From Acidobacteriota bacterium (lineage in GTDB: Bacteria; Acidobacteriota; UBA890; WLXD01), in the NCBI GenBank assembly GCA_965248695.1, contig CBDFKD010000002.1, positions 1,184,001 through 1,248,000 on the forward strand: a stretch of DNA of 64,000 bases. Direction: 5' to 3'. Of the stretch, positions 50,581 through 59,422 are shown in pieces; positions within the stretch are counted from its first letter, which is position 1; the number at the start of each line of letters is the position of its first letter. Both the position numbers and the translations under genes were made by a program. The notes under the pieces were generated by a model, which saw only the letters and a program-made list of their open reading frames with translations, did no database searches and was not told where the DNA came from.

Positions 50581-51045
50581 CTAGCGTTCACACTTGCACC
50601 GCAGCGTTAGCTCGATGTCAAACCAGCCTGTGCAAGTCCACTCGGTTTCACCATCGTCACACCCACCCTTTTCCGTGGAATCGACACATGCCCAATTCCC
50701 AAGCTGGGCGATCTTTCCGCCACTCCATTTCTCCTTGCAAGTAGCGGGCGCGGCGCATCCTGGTCGCTTGTCGCAATCCAGGCCTGCAGCCTTGCGCACC
50801 ATTTTTTGTATCTCCTCATTGCGCCGTCGGTTGGCTTCCCTCTCAGCCGCAGCAGCCGCAGCGGCACAGACCTTGAACTCGACCTTCCGGTTCTTCCAGG
50901 TAGCGCTGAACTTGGCCGGACAATCACCTGGTTTCGCCTTCATGACGTAGTCGAAGACCGGTTCGTCGGTCTCCGCGACTTGGCACTCGAGCATTGAAAC
51001 CCGGTCGGCAAGGTCCGTCAGTTCGGTGCGCAGCTCGTCTTTCAT
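50581..51045 (-). CDS. Orphan cysteine-rich protein (154 aa, 11 Cys)
   Basis: GAGGAGGGAG RBS; coiled-coil N-terminus, poly-Ala helix, Cys-rich C-terminus. Confidence 0.7.
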   Translation of the reverse strand: MKDELRTELTDLADRVSMLECQVAETDEPVFDYVMKAKPGDCPAKFSATWKNRKVEFKVCAAAAAAAEREANRRRNEEIQKMVRKAAGLDCDKRPGCAAPATCKEKWSGGKIAQLGNWACVDSTEKGGCDDGETEWTCTGWFDIELTLRCKCER

Positions 51046-51319
51046 GTACTCCCTCCTCGTTGTCCGCCTTCCGCACAGGATCTTCTTGAATACCTACCGC
51101 CCGTCAGCGTTCTAGCGGGTCCGGAACATCGTGAACGACTACATGGGCAGCGTCCAGGCGGAGCTGTGGGAGTGGATTGACAGCACCGTCGCGCACCTCT
51201 GGTCAGTACAGCAACTCATGGTCATTGCCAACTTTCGATCTGAGCCCGTGGAGCTGTCGGAGCTCTCTGACATCGATCGCATCGCCGGCAGGTAGCCGGC
51301 ACTGTCCATCGGATCGAAA

Positions 51320-52558
51320 TCAGGGAACCACCTCGACGTCGCGAAGGGCCTCTAGCTCCTGTGACAGTTCGACCCTCACCCGTCCCTCTTGAAGGAATCT
51401 CTTGTGCGCGCCGATGTACGTGTCCGAGAACGAAACGTCGGTAACTCTGAGGGCAGGATCCACGTCGTAGAAAACGCTCGGGCTGGCAGGGACGAGAATC
51501 GATTCGCGAACTGCCACCGTGATCCCATCCGGACCGATGATGACGTTGTAGGCAACGTTGAACCGGTCCGCCAACAGGCTCACGGAGCTGCGCCGGAAGA
51601 ACAGACGTGCGGACCCGCGACCGGGCGGAAGATCCCGGAACTGGTAGTCGACATTGCTCTCCACTCCGGCGCCGCCCATGGTCTCGGGGTCGAGGACAAC
51701 CAGGGTGGCCAGATCGCGTGCGTTGTTGACCCCGGCCGCATAGATCTCGGTATGGCCGTCCTGATCCAGGTCCACCACCTGCAGCTTGTCGTTGTCGACG
51801 CCGATGTGACCGGCGTGCCAGTAGTCCGCCACGAGCTCCCCGGCGGCGGTTAGCACGGCGATGCTCGACGGGTAGAACAGGCGATGATGGCTGGCGACCA
51901 CCAGCATGCGCGAGCCGTCGGCGAATCGGCCGAGCTTTACCGGCTTGATCCAGTACACCTCGTCGAACGTCTGCTGGGCGGTGGAGATCACGCGACCGGG
52001 TCGATAGCGCCACAGTTCGGTCCCATCGCTCGAGAAGCAGACCAGGGTGTCAGAGCGGCCCGGAGACCGGGACACGTGCACGAAGAGCACCTCGGTGCTG
52101 CCGTTGTCGTCGAGATCGACGAACTGCGGTGCGAAGCGGCCGGCGGAGAACACGTCGTCGGTGAGGCCGCCCTCGAGCTCGGTTCGCCATAGCTCCACGC
52201 CGCGAACGTCGGCGACGATCAGCGAGTCCCCCGCGACGTTCCAGCTCGCCGGCGGCCCGGCAGTCGACGTCATTCGCCAAGCAATGATCGCTCCCAGTGC
52301 CAGCGTGATACCGGCGACCAGAACCAACGTCCGCCGGCGCGTCCAGGAGCTCGCCGCCGCGATTCGAGCCGCTTCCTCGCGAGCCATCCATTGCTCGAGC
52401 CGTTCGCGCCGAAGAAACACGCCTCCGTGCTTGCCCGGCCGGCGCTCGACCGGCAGGCCGCGCTCCTTTTCCCACTCTTGGACGGTTCGAACGGAGCGCC
52501 CGATCCGGTTGGCAATTTCCTTCCACGAGACGAATTCTGGCGGATCTTCTCGGCGCAT
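51320..52558 (-). CDS. Membrane-anchored regulator: N-terminal HTH, TM helix, extracytoplasmic FG-GAP-like propeller
   Basis: SWKEIANRIGRSVRTVQEWEKERGLPV; DLDDNGSTE and DLDQDGHTE repeats. Confidence 0.82.
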   Translation of the reverse strand: MRREDPPEFVSWKEIANRIGRSVRTVQEWEKERGLPVERRPGKHGGVFLRRERLEQWMAREEAARIAAASSWTRRRTLVLVAGITLALGAIIAWRMTSTAGPPASWNVAGDSLIVADVRGVELWRTELEGGLTDDVFSAGRFAPQFVDLDDNGSTEVLFVHVSRSPGRSDTLVCFSSDGTELWRYRPGRVISTAQQTFDEVYWIKPVKLGRFADGSRMLVVASHHRLFYPSSIAVLTAAGELVADYWHAGHIGVDNDKLQVVDLDQDGHTEIYAAGVNNARDLATLVVLDPETMGGAGVESNVDYQFRDLPPGRGSARLFFRRSSVSLLADRFNVAYNVIIGPDGITVAVRESILVPASPSVFYDVDPALRVTDVSFSDTYIGAHKRFLQEGRVRVELSQELEALRDVEVVP

Positions 52559-52752
52559 GGTCGGCAACCTATAGCCCACCGGGATGGCGGTGTCCACGAT
52601 CCGCCCCGACTCTCGACGGACGCGAAAGTGCGCAGGATGGCGCAATTTCGGAGGTTCGCCCCGGCGCCGACTGTCGCCTTGCGGGCGCATCCCTCAGGTT
52701 TGGCCCTCGGTCGCCCTTTGCTGACCATCACCCAACCGGGAGAGAGAGGACC

Positions 52753-54186
52753 ATGCATAGAAGGCTCATCGGGACCACCCTGGCTGCCCTATCGATACTG
52801 GCGCTTGCCATTCCAAGCAGTGGGACGCCTGACCCGCCGTGGTACTTCGACTTCGACTTCGCTGCCTTAGACGTACTGGCCTACTGGCCGCTCGATGGCG
52901 ACGCGATCGACTACGGTCCGCAGACGCATATCGGCTCGTGGTCGGGCGGCAGCGACGTGGTGGGCTACTTCGGATTGGGCCGTGATTTCGGACCGGGGGA
53001 CTACTTCCAGGTCAACGGCTCTGCGGCACTGAGCACCTTCGACCGCCTCACGATGTCAGCCTGGTACCTACCCACGGCGATGGTGAACAACGAGGCCCTC
53101 GTCGGCGCCGGAGACAATACGTCCGGGCCTTTCTACGGCATATGGGCGATCAGGCTCAGCGAATCGGATGGCCAGCCGTACCACGGGGGCGCGGTGTCAT
53201 CGACACACATAGGCATAACCTGCTTGTTCGTACCCACGCAGGCAGCCTTCACCAACACCTGGTTCGCCCCGATCGAATATAGCCAGTGGCACCATCTGGC
53301 GTGCACTTACGATCCCGCCACCGGCGGCAAGCTCTATGTAGATGGCGTCCTCGCCGTGGCTGATCCCTTCTACGCCGGGACGATCTCCGTCCCGCTGGCT
53401 CGTCCGTTCTTCTTCAACTTCCACGAGTGGGCCGGAGGCGGGGCGAGCAGCTCGAGGCTTTCCGGGGTGCTCGACGAGGTGACGATATTCAATCGAGCTC
53501 TAAGCGCGACCGAAGTCGAGCTGCTGTCTGTGGACGACGACGGCGATGGGCGCGCCGCGTTCTGGACCCCGCCGAACGCTCCTCCGGTGGCCGACGCGCA
53601 GCGCACAGTCGCCAGCGTCGAATGCACCGGGCCGTCAGGAACGCAGATAACACTCGACGGCACCGGCTCCACGGATCCGGATGGCGACGAGCTGACCTAT
53701 GCCTGGAGCGGTCCGTTCGGCCAGGCCGCCGGAGCCGAGGTGGACGTCGTGCTGCCGGAGGGCACCCACACCATCACGCTCACGGTGATGGATGAGGGTC
53801 TCTTGATGTCGAGCGACAGCGTCGAGGTGACGGTTCAGGACACGACGGCTCCCGACATCGACTCCGCCACTCCGAGCCCCGACAGTCTGTGGCCTCCGAA
53901 CAAGAAGATGGTCCCGGTGATCGTCTCCGTGGATGTCTCGGATGCCTGTAGCAGCGCCTCCTGCCAGATCGTCTCCGTGTCGAGCAACGAGCCGATCAAC
54001 GGCAACGGGAGTGGGAACACCGCCCCCGACTGGGAGATCACCAGCGACCTGACGGTGGATCTCCGAGCCGAGCGACTGGGAAAGGGTGGCGGTCGTATCT
54101 ACACGATCACGCTGGATTGCACGGACGACGCCGGCAACGTAGCCACGACACAGGTCGAAGTATCGGTTCCCCATTCGAACAAGTAG
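52753..54186 (+). CDS. Secreted LamG + PKD + HYR/Ig-like protein
   Basis: AYWPLDG, QWHHLACTYD..LYVDG, GVLDEVTIFNRALS; LDGTGSTDPDGDELTYAW; LWPPNKK...GRIYTIT. Confidence 0.88.
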   Translation: MHRRLIGTTLAALSILALAIPSSGTPDPPWYFDFDFAALDVLAYWPLDGDAIDYGPQTHIGSWSGGSDVVGYFGLGRDFGPGDYFQVNGSAALSTFDRLTMSAWYLPTAMVNNEALVGAGDNTSGPFYGIWAIRLSESDGQPYHGGAVSSTHIGITCLFVPTQAAFTNTWFAPIEYSQWHHLACTYDPATGGKLYVDGVLAVADPFYAGTISVPLARPFFFNFHEWAGGGASSSRLSGVLDEVTIFNRALSATEVELLSVDDDGDGRAAFWTPPNAPPVADAQRTVASVECTGPSGTQITLDGTGSTDPDGDELTYAWSGPFGQAAGAEVDVVLPEGTHTITLTVMDEGLLMSSDSVEVTVQDTTAPDIDSATPSPDSLWPPNKKMVPVIVSVDVSDACSSASCQIVSVSSNEPINGNGSGNTAPDWEITSDLTVDLRAERLGKGGGRIYTITLDCTDDAGNVATTQVEVSVPHSNK

Positions 54187-54251
54187 CCGTCGAGACGGCT
54201 AGATGGACTGCCATGGATCGAAGCCAGCGGGCGCCATGACGCCAAGCCGAA

Positions 54252-54557
54252 TCAGGCCGCGACGTAACGGCTCACTTCCTCACGCGAGGCCCCGAGCGAA
54301 AACAGCGTCCGAGTCAGCATGTCGAGCGATGCGCTTCCGCGCTCGAGGTTCGCCACCCGCGGCTGCGTGGATCCGATCAGCGCGGCGAGCTGGCTCTGCG
54401 TCATCTTCCGACGTCCGCGCCGCTCCTTCACCGCCCGACCGAGCGCGAGCTTCATTTCAACGAGCTCAGCCTCGGCATCGGTCAGACCGAGGAACTCCTG
54501 GACGGAGCCGACAGACAGTCCGGCAGCTTCTAGGCGAGCCTTTCTTTCTTCGTCCAA
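54252..54557 (-). CDS. XRE HTH antitoxin (HigA-like)
   Basis: GGAGG RBS + TTG; GSVQEFLGLT, MTQSQLAALIGSTQPRVANLE. Confidence 0.85.
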   Translation of the reverse strand: MDEERKARLEAAGLSVGSVQEFLGLTDAEAELVEMKLALGRAVKERRGRRKMTQSQLAALIGSTQPRVANLERGSASLDMLTRTLFSLGASREEVSRYVAA

Positions 54558-54571
54558 CCCTACGCCTCCAT

Positions 54572-54754
54572 CTAGATCGAGTCGTAGACTCGGATTCAGC
54601 GCTCGCCAATCGACGGCATCGGCCGCGACGCCGGCATTCCGACGCGCTCGCCTTCCTGCAAACGGCGTAGCAGCAGGCCGGCCTCGATGCGGGCCGGCTC
54701 CGAAAACGGCGGCGTCTTGATCTCGCCTGCAAACCAAACAACATCCTTCGACAT
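54572..54754 (-). pseudogene. RelE/HigB-type toxin with internal deletion and premature stop
   Basis: MSKDVVWFAGEIKTPPFSEPARIEAGLLLRRLQEGERVGMPASRPMPSIGER, TGA, then in-frame IRVYDSI stop. Confidence 0.8.
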
Positions 54755-54765
54755 GACTAACTATA

Positions 54766-57700
54766 TCAGATCGGGTATATTTCGTCGAGATGTTCGGCGG
54801 CGAACTGACGAGCGACTGCAACGCCACGGCGCCCGTTGAGAATCTCGTAGAAGACCGGCAGGACGATCAGGGTGAGCAGGGTGCCGGTGAACTCTCCACC
54901 GATGATGGCGATCGCCAGCGGTCGCTGAAGCTCAGCGCCGGCTCCGAACCCGAGCGCAAGCGGAATGAGCGCGCAGATTGTGGTGACGGTGGTCATGAGG
55001 ATGGGTCGCAGGCGAAGGGCCGAACCTTCTAGAACCGCATCGCGGAGAGGCGTTCCGGCAGCTCGGAGCCGGTTGATCGTGTCGATCTTGATGATGCCGT
55101 CGTTGACGACGATGCCAGTTAGCACGACGGCGCCGATCAGAGCTACGACGTTGATCGTGATCCCCGTGAGCCATAGGGCCGTTACCGCACCGACCCAGCC
55201 GAGGGGCATCGTGAGCAAGATCACGAGCGGGTGACGGAGCGACTCGAACTGCGCTGCCATCACCATATAGACGAGCGCCGCGGCCAGCAGGAGTGCACGC
55301 GCTAGGCTGCGAAACGACGCTCGGACCTCATCGCGCTCGCCGCCGATGCGCCAGCGATAGCCGGATGGCCAATCCAGCCCGGATAGTGCAGCTTCCGCTG
55401 CGACGACAGCCACCGACAGGTTGATGCCGGCCAGGGTTGCGGTCACCGGGATCTCGCGCACACGGTCACGCCGTCGCACCTCCTGAGGTCCAGTCGTTTC
55501 ACGGTAGTCGACCAAGGCGCGGAAGGGCACGGGGCCGAGCTCCGTCTGATACGGCTGATCGAGCAAGGCGTCGATCGAGCGCTCGCTGCCCAGCGCCTGT
55601 ACACGGATATCGATGCGTCGATCGAACTCGACGAACTGCGTCGGGATCGTTCCCTGCAGGGCAGCCTGCAACGCTCGCGCAACGTCTTGTACCGACACCC
55701 CGTAGGTTGCCGCCTCATCGCGGCGAACCCGCAGCCGGATCTCCGGGTTACCTTGTGAGGTTCGCGAGCTGATGTCGGTGAGACCGTCGATACCGCCAAG
55801 CCGTCCGGCCACATCATCTGCCAGCGTCTGCAGTCGTCCGAGATCTTCGCCCTGAACGAGCACGCGGAATCCGGCGTCACCGAGGCCCAACAGCCGCTGA
55901 AGGGGGTTGGACTGCGGATCGATCGTCACTTGAACGTCCCCGAGGGAGCCGGCCGAGTCGCGCACACGCGTCATTGCTGCCACCATCGCTGGTTCCAGCT
56001 GTCGCGATCGCTCACCACGCATGACCACGGCGAGCTTGGCGCGAGTGGGCGACAGCTCCAGCGCTCCCGCAACCGTGGAAGCAAGAGCTCCGGGGTCGGC
56101 ACCCAACGTCGCGAAGGTCGTCGCCACATCGTCGCCTGCTCGGGCAGCACGCTCTAGTTGCTCCACGATGCCCTGAAGATGCGCGAACGGGGTGCCGGGT
56201 GGCACGTCAATTCTCACCTCGAAGCGGCCGGTGTTGATGCGGGGCATCAGCTCCCATGGCAATTGCATCGCCAGGTTCGCCCCCCACACAAGGAGGGCGA
56301 CCACCCCAAGGACCGTCGCCGCTTTGTGCGCCAGGCTCCAGACAAGGGCCCGGTGGTAGACGCGGGCGATCGCGTCGTAGATAAGGGCGAAGGCGTACAG
56401 CAACGGAGCGATGAGCCACGCAATGCCACGGGCGAACGCCTTCACCCAAAACAGAACGACGGTCAAACCCCACTCGGCAACGCTATCCGGCAGGGCGCGT
56501 AGCGCGGCGAGTCGTACCCCTAAAGCCCCCGGGCGGTCGTGCGTGGCGGGCGCGTCGATCACGGTACCGGCGTCGTCTGGATCGGCCCGCGGATTTCGGT
56601 CCTGGTGGTCGTCCAGACCGAGCTGCAGGAATCGCGCCGCGAGCATCGGGAGTACTGACAAGGACACGACCAGCGACGCCAGCAGCGCGAACGTTACCGT
56701 CCAAGCCTGCGCGGCGAATAGCTCGCCGGCGACACCGTGCACGTAGGCGATCGGCAGGAAGACTGCGATCGTCGTTGCCGTGGCGGCAGCCACCGCCATC
56801 GCAACTTCAGTGGCGCCCTCCTGAGCCGCTTCCCGGGGCCCGAACCCGAGTTGACGATGTCGGAAGATGTTCTCCAGCACGACGATTGAGTTGTCGACTA
56901 GTAGGCCAGCGCCCAACGCGAGGCCTCCCAGCGTCATGATGTTGAGCGTGATACCGGTGAAGTAGCACAGCACGAACGTCGCAACGATCGAGATCGGCAT
57001 CGCCAAGCCGATCAGCAGCGGGTTGCGCGGGTCGCGCAAGAAGAAGAACAGCACCGCGAACGCGAATGCCCCTCCGAGAAGAATGTTCTGCACGACGCTG
57101 CTGATCGCGTCGGAGATAAACGACGCGTTTTCGAAAGCGACTTCCAGCGTCCGCTCGCTGTACTGACCACGCAGCTCATCAAGCGCGACACCAGCTGCAG
57201 CGACAGCGTCAACAGTGTTGCTGCCAGCCTCTTTGTACAGCAGCACGCCGATCGCGGGCACGCCGTTGAGCAGTGCCCCCGCGGTACGGGGCCGCGTCGC
57301 CTCGCGCACCTCGCCGACGTCCCCGAGCAACACGCGGCGCCCGGTACCGCCGGATAGGATTACCGACTGCGCTATCTCGTCGACACTCCGAAACTCGCCC
57401 ATAGCGCGTACCTGGTAGCGGAGCGCGCCCTGGAGCACGTTGCCGCTTTGCAGGCTGCTGTTCGCTGACTCGAGCGCCTGCTCCACGTCGGCAACCGTAA
57501 GGCCGAACAGCGCCAGCTTGTCGGGATCCAGAGTCACGTGGATCTCGCGCTGGGCGCCACCGGTGACTTGCGCGCCGGCGATACCTCGAACCTGTTCCAT
57601 ACGAGGCACAACGACCGCTTCTACCATCTCGCGCAGCGCGCCGAGCGAACCGCTGCCGGCGACGGCCAGCCCCATGACGGGCTCGCTTCCAGGATCCCAT

Positions 57701-58119
57701 CGCAGGACGGCGGGGCGGTCGATTCCCGCGGGAAACCCTTGGCGAACTTTGTCGACCGCCTCACGCGTGTGCAACGCCGCGATGTCGAGATCCGCACCCC
57801 AGGGGAACTCGACGGTGATCACCGACATCCCCTCGCGCGACGTCGAGGTTACGCGTCGTACTCCTGAAACCGTTTGTACGGCGTTCTCGATCGGGGCGGT
57901 GATCAGGCGCTCGACTTCCTGCGGCGCCAGGCCGAGCGCATCGGCCGTGGTCACCAACGTCAGGCGTGGGGTGCCGATGTCCGGCAGCAGATCCACCGCC
58001 AATCCACCGAACGACACGGAGCCCAGTAGCAGCACCGCGAGACACCCCATCAACACGGTTACCGGCCGGCGCACCGCCACAGCGGGCAAGGAGGCACCAC
58101 TCCGGGCGCGGCTAGTCAT
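54766..58119 (-). CDS. RND efflux permease (AcrB/AcrD/AcrF family)
   Basis: VDNSIVVLENIFR, MAAQFES, RLRPILMTT. Confidence 0.95.
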   Translation of the reverse strand: MTSRARSGASLPAVAVRRPVTVLMGCLAVLLLGSVSFGGLAVDLLPDIGTPRLTLVTTADALGLAPQEVERLITAPIENAVQTVSGVRRVTSTSREGMSVITVEFPWGADLDIAALHTREAVDKVRQGFPAGIDRPAVLRWDPGSEPVMGLAVAGSGSLGALREMVEAVVVPRMEQVRGIAGAQVTGGAQREIHVTLDPDKLALFGLTVADVEQALESANSSLQSGNVLQGALRYQVRAMGEFRSVDEIAQSVILSGGTGRRVLLGDVGEVREATRPRTAGALLNGVPAIGVLLYKEAGSNTVDAVAAAGVALDELRGQYSERTLEVAFENASFISDAISSVVQNILLGGAFAFAVLFFFLRDPRNPLLIGLAMPISIVATFVLCYFTGITLNIMTLGGLALGAGLLVDNSIVVLENIFRHRQLGFGPREAAQEGATEVAMAVAAATATTIAVFLPIAYVHGVAGELFAAQAWTVTFALLASLVVSLSVLPMLAARFLQLGLDDHQDRNPRADPDDAGTVIDAPATHDRPGALGVRLAALRALPDSVAEWGLTVVLFWVKAFARGIAWLIAPLLYAFALIYDAIARVYHRALVWSLAHKAATVLGVVALLVWGANLAMQLPWELMPRINTGRFEVRIDVPPGTPFAHLQGIVEQLERAARAGDDVATTFATLGADPGALASTVAGALELSPTRAKLAVVMRGERSRQLEPAMVAAMTRVRDSAGSLGDVQVTIDPQSNPLQRLLGLGDAGFRVLVQGEDLGRLQTLADDVAGRLGGIDGLTDISSRTSQGNPEIRLRVRRDEAATYGVSVQDVARALQAALQGTIPTQFVEFDRRIDIRVQALGSERSIDALLDQPYQTELGPVPFRALVDYRETTGPQEVRRRDRVREIPVTATLAGINLSVAVVAAEAALSGLDWPSGYRWRIGGERDEVRASFRSLARALLLAAALVYMVMAAQFESLRHPLVILLTMPLGWVGAVTALWLTGITINVVALIGAVVLTGIVVNDGIIKIDTINRLRAAGTPLRDAVLEGSALRLRPILMTTVTTICALIPLALGFGAGAELQRPLAIAIIGGEFTGTLLTLIVLPVFYEILNGRRGVAVARQFAAEHLDEIYPI

Positions 58120-59422
58120 TCTGCCTGGCAGGGTCCACGTCCACCGCATCGACTACACGGACCGCCGCATCGTGCGCCAGGCTGAAGTGGCCGCTGACGA
58201 TCACTTCGTCACCCGGCGCCACGCCGTCGAGAACCTCCACCCAGCTCTCGTTTGCGAGCCCCCGGTCGATGTAAATCCAGCTACTGCGTGAGTCGTGCAC
58301 AACGAAGAGCATCGGTCGCTCATCACGCAACAACACCGCGTCGGCGGGAACGATCAGGCGATCGGTGAAGATCTCGGTATCAAGGACGATTTGCGCGAAC
58401 ATTCCGGGCTTCAGCCGAAGGTTCGCGTTCGCCAAGGTGACCGTCACACCCAGCGCCCTTTTCTCCGGATCCACCAGCGGGCTAATCGATTCGACCTGAC
58501 CGACGAAAATGTCGCCGGGGAAGGCAGCAAAACGAACCTCAGCACGCCGTCCGCGGCGCACCAGGCCCGCCTCTGACTCCAAGACCTCGACAACAACGCG
58601 AATCGGATCGGCATCGACCAGCGTTAGCAACGTCGTCGCGGCGGACAACCGCTGCCCCACCACGACCTCGATTTCCGCCACCTGACCACCGAACGGAGCC
58701 CGCGTGACGGCGCGCTCGAGCTCGAGCTCCGACTGCCGGTAACTCGCACGCCGGGTCATGAGATTGTCTTGCGCGGCAATGATCTCGTCTCGGGTGATGC
58801 TGTTGAAAAGTTCATCGAAGCGCGGATCGCTGATCAACGACCGAAAGTGCTCCGGCGAAAGAAACCCACCGAAGAGTTGATCCTGGGCTCCTACGAGGTC
58901 CTGGAGGTCATCGGAGGTGTTGTCGTCCGGCTCGAAGAACAATCGACCTTCGGAGAACTTCGCGATCGCAGCGATCAGCCCCTCACGCGCCTTCTGCACT
59001 TCGAGTCGTAGCTCGGTGTCGTCAATGCGCACCAGAATCGCGCCAACCTCGACGACATCACCCTCCCGCGCGGCGATCTCGACGATATTCCCGTTGTTCG
59101 CGGCACTTTGAATCTCGAGAAGACGAGTGGCCTCGGCGATCCCCGTGGCGGTGATCTTCATCACGAGGTCATCGCGTCGCGCGCGCGCCGTGACCACCGG
59201 GACCGGCATTGCGGGCTGCGCGCGCAGGGTCGACGTCGCAGGTCCTTCCCCGCTCGGGGTCGCAGAACTCGATGCAACCTCGGCGTCGTCACGCGGATCG
59301 GCCCTTGCCGGCAGGCCGAACCATGCAACGTAGGTTGCGACCGCCACAGCCAGTAGAACGACCGTACTGGTCAGGATGCGGGCCAAGCCCGGCGCACTCG
59401 GCTCGCAAACGGTTTGCGTCAC
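58112..59422 (-). CDS. RND periplasmic adaptor (MFP)
   Basis: TM anchor, EGDVVEVGAILVRID, RAPFGG, LKPGMF. Confidence 0.93.
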   Translation of the reverse strand: MTQTVCEPSAPGLARILTSTVVLLAVAVATYVAWFGLPARADPRDDAEVASSSATPSGEGPATSTLRAQPAMPVPVVTARARRDDLVMKITATGIAEATRLLEIQSAANNGNIVEIAAREGDVVEVGAILVRIDDTELRLEVQKAREGLIAAIAKFSEGRLFFEPDDNTSDDLQDLVGAQDQLFGGFLSPEHFRSLISDPRFDELFNSITRDEIIAAQDNLMTRRASYRQSELELERAVTRAPFGGQVAEIEVVVGQRLSAATTLLTLVDADPIRVVVEVLESEAGLVRRGRRAEVRFAAFPGDIFVGQVESISPLVDPEKRALGVTVTLANANLRLKPGMFAQIVLDTEIFTDRLIVPADAVLLRDERPMLFVVHDSRSSWIYIDRGLANESWVEVLDGVAPGDEVIVSGHFSLAHDAAVRVVDAVDVDPARQND

